From Octopus sinensis (lineage: Eukaryota): a stretch of 64,000 bases of DNA. Location: the NCBI RefSeq assembly GCF_006345805.1, contig NC_043017.1, positions 5,580,001 to 5,644,000 of the forward strand, given 5' to 3'. The translations under genes and the position numbers were made by a program. The notes beneath the pieces are model-generated. The model did no database searches. It was not told where the DNA came from and worked only from the letters and a program-made list of their open reading frames with translations. Every line of letters starts with the position of its first letter. Within the stretch, counting starts at the first letter, position 1. Shown here piece by piece: positions 25,481 through 39,021 of the stretch.

Positions 25481-25851
25481 CACATACAGACACAGAGAAT
25501 TTTTCATCACAAATACGTTATCGGGCTCAATCCCTTTCGATGACACCTAGCCTGTGAAATATAACACCGGGCTGACTAATTCCTGTTGTGTGTAACACAC
25601 AAACACCACATGCACACCTGTATATGTGTGTGGTTGTGTGCATGAGAGTACGTATATGTTTGTGTTTCCTTCAGTAGATGTCGCATGACAATGTTTCGTA
25701 AGATGTAATAGTTGCTGACAGTGAACGACATCCAACCACAAAAAAAAAAACTTCAACAAGTACATAGCACAACAATGGGGATATACTTTAATCCACAAAC
25801 ATTATGTACATTACACTCGCACACACATGCAGATATATATATATGTATGTA

Positions 25852-25925
25852 CAGTAATCCCTCGACTATTATGTTATGTTCAGAAATCCGCTGCAAATAT
25901 CCACAAAGTAGAACCAGTGCTATAT
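25852..25925 (+). mobile_element. Possible pogo/Tigger-like terminus
   Basis: TA|CAGTAATCCCTCGAC resembles Tigger TIRs. No convincing matching right TIR. Confidence 0.3.
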
Positions 25926-25970
25926 TTGTTTCCATTATTTCTATAATTTGTATATATATATATATATATC

Positions 25971-26002
<32 letters not shown>

Positions 26003-26339
26003 ATCATTATACATGCAAAAACAACACCATGGAGAAAAAGACATAAGCTGAAATAATAAACCATGATATGTGAACCACTATGTGGGGGTGAATTACTGTA
26101 TTACATACATAAGTGTATATGTATATATAATATATATATATATCAATATATGTAATATAGAAAGAGAGAACCCATACGATACAATGCTTCGAGGGTATCA
26201 CAAAAGGCTTTTTCCGATACCCAACCTTCCGAGTTCTTTCAGAGGGCTTAGAAACACTGAGAATACATTGAATAAATCAGAATTAGCTGATTCTCCTATA
26301 TTTTCTTTTCCCAAAGCCAGGGAATTTTCTGCGATCATC

Positions 26340-26364
26340 TTGCGTATATAAATATATATATATC

Positions 26365-26406
<42 letters not shown>

Positions 26407-26960
26407 CATGCTATATATATATATGCATGCTATATATATATATATATATACAATAAATATATATATATGCAATAAATATATATACATGTACTATATATAT
26501 ATGCTATATATATATGTTATATATATATATGCAATAATTATATATATATATATGTTATATATATGCAATAAATATGTATATGTGTTATATATATATGCAA
26601 TAAATATATATATATATGTATATATATTATATATATATATATGTTATATATATATACATACACACATATTAGCTATATCATATAAAAATAAATATATATA
26701 GATATATCATATATATACACATACACACATATATATATAATATATATTTATAGATATATGGTATATACATTATATATAGATATTCTATATAAATATATAT
26801 TATATATATATATATTACATACATATATTATGTATATATTATATATACTTTATATTATGTATATATTATATATACACATATATTGTATATATATTATATT
26901 ATACATATATATCGTATATGTACGTGTATCATAATTTTAATATATATGTATTATATATAC
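26340..26960. repeat. Complex TA microsatellite
   Basis: Direct inspection. Confidence 0.9.
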
Positions 26961-27269
26961 CTTTTTCTTTTTTAGCTTTAACTCAGACCTTTGGCAGTGC
27001 TGGGGTTCCTTACTTTTTGCTACACTGTTATTACTGAGAGTCTCTACTAATATGTGGCATTTGGTGAATAAGGGAGTTTGATGTCGCTACCCTCATTTGC
27101 ACCTCTTGCTAGAATGTAGGTTCATCTGGGACTTTCAACAGGATGAAGTCCAATTTTGATTCGAAAATACCTACATCCAGTTTGCATACACCAAACATTT
27201 CGAACCGTCCAACCCATGCTAGCACGGAAAACGGACGTTAAACGATGATGATGACACATATGCAATATA

Positions 27270-27352
27270 TATCTGTGTGTGTATATATATATAATATATA
27301 TATATATTCAATATGTATGTGTAGATGTATATACATATATATATATATATAT

Positions 27353-27401
<49 letters not shown>

Positions 27402-27417
27402 ATATATGTGTATACAT

Positions 27418-27455
<38 letters not shown>

Positions 27456-27508
27456 TGTATATATATATAATATATATATATATATATTCAATATATATGT
27501 GTATACAT

Positions 27509-27554
<46 letters not shown>

Positions 27555-27565
27555 TATATATATAT

Positions 27566-27612
<47 letters not shown>

Positions 27613-27660
27613 TGTATGTATGTATATATATGCGTAGATATATATATACACACACACGCA
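27270..27660. repeat. Complex TA/CA microsatellite with an internal duplicated block
   Basis: TATTCAATATATATGTGTATACATACACACAC occurs twice, near 27395 and 27485. Confidence 0.9.
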
Positions 27661-28429
27661 ATATGCACGCATATTATGGAATGATATTATGTGTAACTGA
27701 AGTATCAGTCACAACATGCGATTATGCAACTATAAAAGAAATAGAAAAATCATCCGACTACAAAGAGTTAGAAACAGGGGTAACTAGACGTGGGGAACAA
27801 ACATCAGAAGTGATCCTTATAATAATAGCTTTAAAAAAACAATAAATACAAGATTCAGGTATGTACATAACCCAAAACCCCAGGAATTACAAACGTACAC
27901 AAAATACAGGAAATAGCGCTACTATATACTCTATGCATTATGTAGAGCACTTTCAATACAATAGAACATACAAAGCCGAAACACTGCACGTATCCAAGAC
28001 CCATAGAGCTGCGCTCAGTTGTTTTGTGAAAGCACATAATAAAACTTAAGACTATGGAAGAATATAACTATAATGAGAATAACAAACCAAAATAACATCT
28101 GAAGAATTTGCATTGGAGGGTGAAGGAAAGTTTTAAACAATTTCTATAAATATTATATAATTAAATACACAAATTGACAGTGCAGTGTGTGTGCGTGTGT
28201 GTGTAGGTTTGGTATAATTAATGCTACTGCTAACCAAGATCTGGTTGTGAAGATATATCGTGGTGTGAGGTTGGCAAGGGAAGGTAAGATGCCTAGACTG
28301 GTAGACGGGTATTGATTTTTGTTACACAATTCTGACAGACAGCATCAGTTCAACGCTCAGACAAACAAATTCACTGTATGCGTGTGTTGTATGCACGGTG
28401 TGTGTGGCGGCAGAAGACTGTACGTTTAA

Positions 28430-28479
<50 letters not shown>

Positions 28480-29500
28480 CAAGAGAGAGAGATCCTGTGT
28501 GTGTGTGTGAGCATCAGAGTTAGATAGACAAAATTGTGTGCAAGTGACGGTGATGGAGCCTGTATGAGAAGAGATTGTATATATGTGTGAGTGCGGTGGT
28601 GCATGTGGGCGTGTATGTGAGAAGTAAAAGATTGTGTACACCAGAGTATGATGTGTGTGAGTGTGTGAAAAAAGAGGGGTCTAAAATTGTGTGTATCGGA
28701 GAGTTTAACAGAAGAGACTGTAAAAGAGAAGTAGGCATTTAGTACGAGTGTGATAGATGAGTAGAAGTGTGTGTGTGAGCGAGCGTGCGCACGTGCGTAT
28801 GTGACTGAGCGCACGTAAATAGTGTGATGAGAAAAGCCGGCAAAAAGACGGTAGATTTTGGCCTGTTGTTTTTTTTTTTTTTTTGTTTCTTTCTTACATT
28901 TTAAATGTTCGAGTTTATTTCTGATGAGGAAATGGAACGTGTGTGACCAAAGTAGAATGTTAAATATTAACGGCTTGAATAGAAAAAAAGTGAAACAAAA
29001 GATATGACAGATAACTTATTTATTGAATTTTTAAAAAAAACAAAACTAAACTATGTTTGTAAACGTATATGCATATGTATGTAATGTATCTACAACACAC
29101 ACTTACATATTTCACATTTATCTATCTATATGTGAATATGAATGAATGTACACGCACGCGCACACACACACACTTCTTTCAGAAGAATAAGAGTGCGTGT
29201 TTCCATTTTTAAGAAAGTCCTGTGTAATACTATTTATTCTTGGAATTACATTGATTTTGCTAAAATTAGAAAACTAGGGAAATATTGTCAAGGAAGGAAA
29301 GGGAAGACCCATAAGTGGTACAGAGGAACCAAATGGAATATTTATTGGGAAAGTGTTAATAAAGTGGGCGAGGGAGAGGAATGTGGCGGAAGTAAAGAAT
29401 AGACACACCACTCGTTTTCGGCTTTGCAAAAGCCCCAACCTTAACCCTAAACCCTAAACCTAAACACCGGGTGTGCGTATTCTTTACTTTCACCGAGGAA
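27650..29500 (-). promoter_or_regulatory. Second CpG-retaining island: candidate distal promoter
   Basis: CACGTG at 28790, CACGTA at 28812 and TCAGTC on the minus strand at 28803-28808, with a (CT)n tract downstream on the minus strand. Confidence 0.35.
28433..28492. repeat. (GA)n microsatellite
   Basis: Direct inspection. Confidence 0.9.
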
Positions 29501-32500
29501 TCTTACATTTTAAACATTCCTCGATAATGTTCTAAAAGCTCTAAAATCTCATTGGTTAAAGTTTATATATCTTAAATCTTAATATAGTTTTATACACAGA
29601 TGCATATAAACACCGAAATCAACAGGAATGAATGGTAAGAGTGAACAAGGAAAAGAAAGAAAACATCAAGAGTGGGGGCGGCAATGATAACTGTGGTAGT
29701 AGTTGTTGTTGTTGTTGCTGTTCATAACAGCCAAAGTATTAGACAAAAATTATGAAGATGGGTTTTTGGAAACTGATGAATTTTTAAGGAGGCAGGACTT
29801 AGAAATGATTAAAGCTAATGCCACTAGCCAACCTTACAGCAGCATTATTGTAAATGGAGTTGTGAGGGTTGACTTGGGTTAATACACACATTTTCTAAAC
29901 ACTGGGATTGTATACTGTCACACTGACTACCCCTGTCTACATCGCAATTAGTTTATATATCTTTCAAAATTTACTACATCACTATTTAGAATACACGGCT
30001 ATATAAATAGATATAGGCATCTTTACCGACTAAAAATATATACATACATACATCATCACACACATTAAAAATATCCCCCAATGAATGGAAAATCACATGA
30101 AAGTTTATTAAACATACAATCTAGACATGTATAAATATTTTCATAATCAATAAAAATATTTATGTAATCAATAAAAATAACATGCAGTTTATTATGGCAT
30201 GCTACGCTAATAAAAGTTTGACTACTTCAACAGGTAGATATTTAAAATGTTGGATGCCAGAAAATTCTCAGTCAAAACAGGAGGAAATCACAAAATAATA
30301 CACGAAGATGAAGTAGGAACAGTAACTTCCAAAATTATAAATTATGTAAATAGAACTTGTTTATGTAAGAGTGTGTGTATATATATATTCGTTATGAGGC
30401 GTTTAGAAACTATAGCAATTATATAATGAATAACAACTTTTCACCACAACATTTAACAGTGAGTCATTCTTCGTATTTATATTACAACAGAATATATTGG
30501 TTTCTCTGCACAAAAGCCGATGTGAAAATGTGTGATGTTCAAGCCTTTCCCAATATCTTCAACTAATCTCGTGCACTCTCTCTATCTCTCCCCATATAAA
30601 CACATGTATATTTACATATACCAAAATATACATATATACGTATACACATATATAGATATGCAAATATATTGACATATATCTACACGTATATATACATATA
30701 TGCACATATATACGTGCGTGTGTGTGGTTGATCAGGACTATCCACTACCACAATGTGCCAAGCAGAAATAGCCATCACTACGACTATTCATCAACAATGG
30801 GTAATGACCTGAAAGAAATAGCAGCTAAATCTCTCAAAATTACACTCCCACACCTAACATCTTTAAAAAGAAGGTAGAAATTGGATAAAGAAAAAATTGT
30901 TTTTAAAAAAAGACAGGATGGGCATGACTAGAATACTTGTATCTGAAGTTTGATAAATAAGAACTAACTTGGGGCTTAATAACACCAATGAGTGTGTGTG
31001 TGAGAGAGAGAGAGAGAGTCCAGTGTGTCTTAAAAGACAGATCCGGTTGATGTGTATACTAAAGAGAATATGTTCTACTCCCTTTTCCACGTGTGTGCAA
31101 ACTTGCACGCACATCCACACTAGATATATTGTCAAAAAATAGCTAAGCAAGTTATTTTGAGGTCAGCAAGAATTTCAACCCACACACACACAGACTGAAA
31201 ACAGAACTGGTCGTTTTGAGAAAGGCAAAACAATATTATATTAAAAGAAATGTCAAGATAACGAATAGGTTGCATGATGGTGGTGGTGGTGGTGGTGCTG
31301 TGAAGGCTACAGAGCTGGGATTTTGTTGAACTGAGTAGGGAGTGCTAGTTTTTTTATCATTGAAAGTCAAATGATCCAGCCTCCCTAGTAAACAAGATAC
31401 TGTAATAAAATGGTGGGGGTTCAGGATGAATTTTTTCAATGGTGATATTGGTTGTGCAGTTGGTAATTTGATAATGATACTGATGGTAATAAAGATAGTA
31501 AAAGTAATAATTACTTCTCCCCTAATCACTCCCTTATGCACCGTGCCCTTCATTACAAGCTTTCTCCCATCAACTTTCTGCATTATATTTTCTTCATGGT
31601 GCCCATCATACTATATACATCATCCATGACATACCCATAACTGTACACTCCTTGGTCTTTTGAACATCACACACCTACCAGATGATTTCCTTCATGTTCA
31701 GACCCCACTTTTTGTTTTTGTAAGTAAATTTTCAAAATAATATGATGTTTGAAAAGAGAAGAAAATAAGACATTGTGTGCATGTGTTCTGCAAACAAACC
31801 TGTCTGATATCAGTGGAACATTAGCAAAACAAATTGAATACATAGTTAAAAATATGAATGAAATATGTAAGAGGAAAAGTAAAAATTAGATAATTAAAAA
31901 AAAATATCTTAAAATTGTCAAAAGAATTTATAAAATTTGAGAAAACATGGAATAATTCTTTGTTGGAATGGTGGAACTCGAAGCAAACAAACCTCCACAG
32001 GCAGCTTTTTGAGTTTTTCTAGTCAAATGGCTTTTTAATCTAATATTAACAAGCTTGCTTTATTTGCTTTCAGATCCACTATTTCAGAAAAAACACTTTA
32101 AAAAATTGTTTATGATACATATTTATAATAAATATATAAAAAAAAACTTAAATAGAATAACTTTAGGAAGCAATGAAAGATTAAAATATCAGATAAGATG
32201 CTTTTTTTCAATTTATGACTAAGTGTTGAGGTCAAGGATTCTTTTTATACAATAATTATATCAAACAACTAATTATATTTATAAATATAGAAACATAATA
32301 GCAGTAACACTTATGTAAGTGAAAACGAATATGTCAAAGTAGGATCTAATACAAATCCTGTACACACACACACTCACTCACACACACACACACAAAGAAG
32401 AATCATTTCAACAAAACCAAGACAAGTATTTAGCTGACACATCCCACAATGTACATTTCATATTTTGACACAAAAATTTTAAGATTTCATGAGAATTAAT

Positions 32501-33486
32501 TCAATTTATTTGTCAGAAATATGATAGAGAGCATATCCAATACTTAAGACATGTCTTCAACTACTCCAGGGTTTATAATAAAAAAGAAAACAAGTACATA
32601 TTTCAGAAACAAACTTCAAGAGTTCCTTCTTACACTACTTTATCAAAATCTGTTCTATATTTTTGCAAAACTCCCATCTGACTTTAAATATTTTCTAAGT
32701 CTTCATCCAGCTAGACACCATTCACCAACCCAAACTTGTAATTCAAATGCAACACTTAATAATATTTCTTCATATTAGAACACAAAGTCAGTTTCCTATC
32801 AGTCAAACTTTCACCATTTCCTCTATCTATTTATTGTTAAATAAATAAATGAGAGAGAAGCAGGAGGGATGGAGAGCAAGAGAGGGAGAGAGAGAGAGAG
32901 AGAGTTTTAGCATGATGACTGAGCCCCAGCATGGCTACAGCTAGAAGGCTGAATCAAGAATAAAGCTTATTATATTAAGCTGTTCTCTGTAAATTAGTAA
33001 AATTCTTCTTCTTCACAATACTTCAGAATCAGAAAAGAGTAAATCACTGACTTAGCAATTGACAGTTTTCCTATTCTTTTACTTTGAAGAAGAAACTATT
33101 TTCTGTAAATCCAAGATCCAGTCAATCACATCTATTTTTTTTATTTTTACTTGTTTCAGTCAGTAGACTGTGGCCATGATGAAGCACCACCATGAAGAAT
33201 TCTTAGTTGAATGGATCAACCCCAGTACTTACCATGTGGTTGCAAGGCAAGCTTCTAACCACACAGCCACTTCTAGTCTCTCAGAGTAAAATCTTTTAGA
33301 TCCTCTTTCTTTGTCTAAATATCCATCATTGACTGTATCTCCCCCAACTCTCTCTCTCTCTCTCAATAGTCACAGACACTGTATGGTCAATATTCCAGGG
33401 GTTACTTTAAAAATGATCCTGATAGCATCATAAATACCATCATTGTTTCTCTTTTTCCTATCAAGCATTATTATCCATTTGTTATT

Positions 33487-33657
33487 GTTAGCATGCTGGG
33501 AGAAATGCTTAGCGGTGTCTCACCCGTCGCTACATTCTGAGTTCAAAATCCACCGAGGTCGACTATGCCTTTCATCCTTTCGGAGTCAATAAATTAAGTT
33601 CCAGTGAAACACTGGGGTTGATGTAATCAACTAGTTCCCTCACCACAAATTTCAGAA
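33487..33657 (+). mobile_element. SINE family A
   Basis: GAAATGCTTAGCGG...GAGTTCAAAATCCACCGAGGTCGAC...CCTTTCATCCTTTCGG. Confidence 0.85.
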
Positions 33658-34441
33658 AAGATTATTATCTATTTGTTATACCAGTCAAAACATAATTTCC
33701 TAAATTAACATGTTTTCATTAGTTCAACTCCACTCACTGTTCTTTCTATGCTAATACTCATTCTAAGATCACATGACATTTTGCAAAGTATCTCCATTGG
33801 TTTATCTCTGACCACAATTATTCATGAAAAAAAAAACCCCACAATTTAGTTTCCTGTTTCTCTTCATTTAGTTCAACCAATTAATGTGTTTGCTATTCAA
33901 TAAACACTCACTGTAACAAGTCTTCTTTGAGACAGCATGTTTGATATTTGCATTAAAAAAGCACTGAGAAGATTGAGTAAAAATAATATACTTAGGGCAG
34001 ATATACAAAAACTCAAATTTAGATCAAATGTGAATTTATTCTCCTTGTAGTAACTATATGTCTCTGGGAAAGACAGTTTTAGCTGTAATAAACAGCTACC
34101 AGATCTATGGAGTACATTAACTATAAAATAGGCTACTGTTCTATCTTCGAAACATTATATCTGTGTGATTAATGTTTCTCAATATTTTTTTCACATGGGC
34201 ACAAAGCCACAAATGTTGTGAAAAGCACAGTTGATTAGACCAGTTGGTCCAAGTATTTTACCGGTACTGATTCTTAACTCTGGGTGAATGAAAAGCAAAG
34301 TTAATATCAGCAGAATTTAAACCTCACAATGAGAAAACAAAAGTAATTATTGAAAAACACTTAATCCTGTGGCCTACTGTTCCTGTCATTGCACATAGCA
34401 ATGATTAATTCTATCTTTCAGCACCAGGTCACATTTTAGAG

Positions 34442-34954
34442 TAGGGGTGGGGAAACTTTTTAGTGCGGTGAGCAAAAATTTCCAAAGAAAAAGGTCCACG
34501 TGCGGATCACAAGTTCTAACTCTTATATCTGTGTAAATCTTGTATATATCTATGTATAATTTGATATACATTAATAAAGATAAGTTTAACACATTAAATT
34601 AACATGTAACATTTTCATTAATGCTGCCACTGAATTTAGGACGTTTATATTAATTATGAAGTACTCTATATTTTTCAGCTAGAGTGTGGGTCTCAAGGGG
34701 GTGGTACAAACCTCACCCCTAGCAATACGTGTTTTATAGTGAAAACAAAACTTCCATCCGAATGGCAATTGCCAGGCGATTTTCTGTTCAAGTCTAACCA
34801 TTTTAAGTCATAGGGGAAACGCAACCTATTTCGCAAATAAGACTATGAGTATTGTATGAATTTTATAATTGAAAAATTTACTATATTTTGCACATATGAG
34901 TATACCAGCCTGCAGGTGCAATTGTGTCTGCAGGCGGGGGTTCCCCCACCCCCG
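34442..34954. mobile_element. hAT-family MITE
   Basis: TIRs TAGGGGTGGGGAAAC and (reverse complement) CGGGGGTGGGGGAAC. Identical 8-bp TSD TTTTAGAG at 34434-34441 and 34955-34962. Confidence 0.8.
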
Positions 34955-34984
34955 TTTTAGAGGGCAGGAACAATCAATTAGAAT

Positions 34985-35215
34985 AACCCCAATACTTGAC
35001 TGATAAGCCACTGATGGAACTGTTATGGGATCACTGAACCTGCTAGAAATAACAACCAAAATTTCACACCCAACCATCAATAAAAAAACGAAAGGTTGCA
35101 CACAAGAGTGAATTCCTAGACCCATGGAGTCTGAAATAAAAGAGGTGGTCACGGCTGAAATGGTTTTCATCATATGTATACTGGATCAAGACTGATCTGA
35201 AGTCAAAACAAAAAT
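34985..35215 (+). mobile_element. Dispersed repeat family E (SINE-like 3' region)
   Basis: Shared blocks GAACCTGCTAGAAATAGCAGCCAAAT and GATCAGGGCTGACCTGGGGCTAAACAAC. Copies lie at about 1-90, 5150-5330, 5400-5620, 30790-30870, 44240-44432, 46030-46130, 58650-58860 and 59340-59515. Confidence 0.7.
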
Positions 35216-35284
35216 TGTCATAGAACAAAAATGTAAAATCAAATTCAGTGAAATTTGAAATTAACCCACTTCTTATTTCTTTAC

Positions 35285-35460
35285 TGCCCACAAGGGGCTA
35301 AACACAGAGGGGACAAACAAGGACAGACAAACGGAGTAAGTCGATTACATCGACTCCAGTGCGTAACTGGCACTTATTTAATCGACCCCGAAAGGATGAA
35401 AGGCAAAGTCGACCTCGGCGGAATTTGAACTCAGAATGTAATGGCAGAGGAAATACTGAA
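35285..35460 (-). mobile_element. SINE family A, well-preserved copy
   Basis: The reverse complement contains GAGTTCAAATTCCGCCGAGGTCGACTTTGCCTTTCATCCTTTCGGGGTCGATTAAATAAGTGCCAG. Related copies lie at about 3855-4030, 12555-12672, 13370-13560, 14213-14380, 33487-33657, 42368-42489 and 50455-50565. Confidence 0.88.
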
Positions 35461-36628
35461 GTAGTATGACAACAATATAATAAAATGGAGAAATATTTTC
35501 CAATTCACTTTAAAAAACAAATGAACCACTAGCCAATATGGTTGTTGCACCTCAGAGAAATAGCTCCCAAAACTTCCCCCAATTGTCTTTGACTGGGAAA
35601 TGGAGGAAACTAATCACCAAAAAATTTACCTAAAACTGAAATGCCTTATATTGAATAGTATATTAAATTTACCAAAAGGATACAGTGAATAAGAAATAAG
35701 TTCCCCTACCCCTTCTTAAGCCATCACTACAAAATAAGATTAGTAGCTGTGCAAAACTATTTTCAGTTGTTGTTACTATTATTACCACACCAGTTCCAAC
35801 ATCAACAAAAATATTCATTCAATGAATACTAGATAAAAGAAGAAAAAAAAAGGAAAAAGGGGGAATGAAGGAAGAGAATATGAAAATCACTCATACTATC
35901 TATTTATCTATCAACCTATCTATACATATATATAATACACACATGCATGCACTCACATGCTACTTAAAACAATCTATACCACCAACAGGTTCATCTGGTT
36001 TCTCTGTAGCTGGAGGCTATTTATGTAGGAAGAAAAAGAAAAAAGTGGCAGCAGCACCATTGATTTTCATGGCTGTGAAGTGAAATATATTTCAGGACCA
36101 CACTAGTTCCATGTCAGATTAACCTTCGTTCATTTACACACAGGAGGCTAGCTAAGATAGTCATTCATGTAGTAACATGTGACCTAGCACTATTATTGCA
36201 AAAGAGATAGGGCTATTTATAATGAAAATAGTAGCAGATTGATGTGTTAGTTATAGGTAGCTGTCTATTGTGAATGTGTATGTCTGCCTGAGTCAGTAGT
36301 TAGAATTTTGTATTCCTGTTTTTATATATTTTGGAGGTAGCTGAAAGAGAGAAAGCGCCACATTTGTATATATGTGGTTTCTTTCTTCTGGGTTCTGTGT
36401 TGAAGTTATACCACAGTAAGTTATAAAAGTGTGTGGAAAAACGCAGGTGAACACTGATTATGTAAACCAATGATCAAAGGCAACTAATTATCTAACTAAC
36501 GACCTTCACCTAAGCTGTTTACAAGCTAGTAATTTGGAGAAGGATGAAGTATTTTCTGATGCTTAGATGTCTTTGCTATGTTAAAGATGTGTATTCATCA
36601 AGTAAACTACTTAGTAATGATGAGGTCA

Positions 36629-36680
36629 AGCATTTGAAACAACACAAAGGATCTAGCATTTGAAACAACACAAAGGATCT
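36629..36680. repeat. Perfect 26-bp tandem duplication
   Basis: AGCATTTGAAACAACACAAAGGATCT twice. Confidence 0.9.
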
Positions 36681-36699
36681 AGCAGCTTGCTGTTTATGA

Positions 36700-36950
36700 G
36701 GATAATGTTTTCTTGATGAGTATCATGATTATATAATTGCTGAAGGAGACAAAACTGACATGACTCCTGGATTCAGTGCAGATTTGATGCAAGGTTATAA
36801 TGTGGATGAAACTTGGGTGTGAAAGATTAGGGGGATCTGAATGTGTGTGGAGGCAGAAGTGAAGGTGGTAACATGTACATCATTGATGTGTACAAGGAAT
36901 AACGTGAAGAATAGAACCAAACTTTGGGACATACCAGTTTATGGAATGTA
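36700..36950 (-). mobile_element. Old CR1/L2-like RT remnant
   Basis: TGMSQSLVLFFTLFLVHINDV resembles the RT motif [21 protein letters not shown]. Confidence 0.45.
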
Positions 36951-38749
36951 GGTAAAAAAAAAAGGCTTCATTAACATCACACCACAATAGTGCAATCTAG
37001 AAGGAAACTACTGATCCAAAAGCAAGTGATAAATGTCAAAAGTAACAACCTTCTTCACCAAATTTCTCTAAGGTGACAAGCTCACATGAAGCGCTACGTC
37101 AGAAACACCCATGCCAGCATACAAAAGTGGATGCAAAACACTGATGATAATGAATGCTAATATCCAATGAAAATAACAAACCCAATTTATTTTGTATATC
37201 TAGCTATGACTATAAGCATAAAACAAAAAGAATTCCTTCAAAAAACTTGATTCAATAATCAAAGAAACTACATGTCATCATCATCATCGTTTAACACCTG
37301 CCTTCCAATTGAGGTTGACTTATTGTCAAAATGTACAGGATTTTTTTTTTTTTGTCGCATTTGGGTGTCTAGAAATCTCTTCATTCCCTACCAGGCATTC
37401 CTTAGTGTCTCAGATCATCTCGAGTCCTGCAAATTATCTCCCTCACCTGTGATAGGTATATCAAGGAGACATAGATAGAATAATCACATTTAAACTTGAA
37501 GTAGCACAATATTTTGCTGTACCTTGAGAGGGTCGTTATGTCAGTAAAAACACATGCACTGGTTCTATTTCACTTACTTTATTATTATTAAACTAGTTAA
37601 CTATTTAACCAATTAACTAATTGATATTTTAGTCAATCATTCAAACGAGTGAGGGTTTTTATTGTTATAATGACCCTCCCAAGATACAACAAAATCCATT
37701 TCATTGCACAACTTTGCATTAAGAATCTTGCAAACCAAAACTGAAACAAAGTATATTGTCAGACCATTGTCTGGTGATTTCATTCAACAGCAAGCATGAG
37801 TTCTCTGATGGTTTGCCCATTAATTTTGCTAGATAAAGTGGCAGTTAGCGTGTGCCCACCAGGAACTACCTGATCATGCAGTTGGGTTCTGTAGAATTAC
37901 ATTTCCAAACTAAGGGTGCATCTTCCACAATGCCACAGAATATGGTATTTTCATTTGGTGGAATAATTATTCTGATATATATATAAATATACAACAGTAG
38001 GATATTATACAGGAAATAAGTGAATATAAGAGAGGGGAGGATGAGTGTATGCATAAAGGAAAGAAAAATGAGAGAGAGTGTGTGTGGGGGGGGGGGGGGT
38101 TGTTTTCAAATTCAGAATGGCTGGATTCCAGACAGGAATACATTTAGTTCAAAGAAAACCAAAAATATTCCCTTCCCTGCTGATGTCATCAATGTATAAA
38201 CCACATTAACCAAATTACTCAATCACATACATTTCCAGGGAAGTGTATGGGTGGGGACAGGGTTTATGATTTCATGAAACACAAGGTTAAGTATGTGTGT
38301 GTGTGTGTGTGAATGTGTGTGTATCCTCATACTCAACAAGTAAAAAGGATGGGCATGTTTTGAAGCCAGGGTGTGTGTGTGTGTGAGTTAGTGAATCATG
38401 TGAGTAATAGAGTGAGATCGGGGGGGGGACTTTTAATATCTGTACAACAGTGGACCATAAAGAAAATGATAGAACGAAAAGTGAATATGACATAGGGAAA
38501 TATAAGATATGTATTAGTGCATGAAGATGAGTGGAGCGTATGTGAAGACGGGTATAGAGAGGGCAATGAAAGAGAAAGGAGGAGAGAGAGATACTTTTAC
38601 TGATTTGAGTCATTGAACTACATACTGCTTTGCTGGGACACCTTCAAGAGTGTTTAAGTTAAACACAGTAACCCAGTAATCAATTCAATCAGGTTCTTGT
38701 TACCAACAGGCTCAATTATTCATTACACTCTACTCTGGATTTTGTTTTA

Positions 38750-39021
38750 TAATAATAATAATAATAATAATTGTGTACAGTGCTCAGGTGCACTACAACT
38801 CATCTAAAGTCTATATATAATCAGGTATAGTTTCGGCGGATTTCGAAAAGCATGAGGGCCTTAAAGGATGCAGTGTCATGGCAGTCAACAACTGACGCAG
38901 GTAGTTTATTCCATGCTTCAGCAACTCTGAGCGTGAAAAAATGTTTCCGAAAGTCATGGGAGCTGTGTTGTTTTCTGACTTTGTAGACATGTTTTGACCA
39001 AGAGTGTTGTGATAAACACAT
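38750..39021 (-). mobile_element. 5'-truncated CR1-like LINE 3' end
   Basis: The minus-strand ORF remnant reads RKHFFTLRVAEAWNKLPASVVDCHDTASFK, matching the FFxxRVxxxWNxLP motif, and is followed by an (ATT)n tail. Confidence 0.85.

Noticed and set aside
28371-28814. 147-aa minus-strand ORF in the distal island
   Set aside because: Composed of CA/CT repeat translations, and its only donor is phase 2, which is incompatible with the finger-1 exon.
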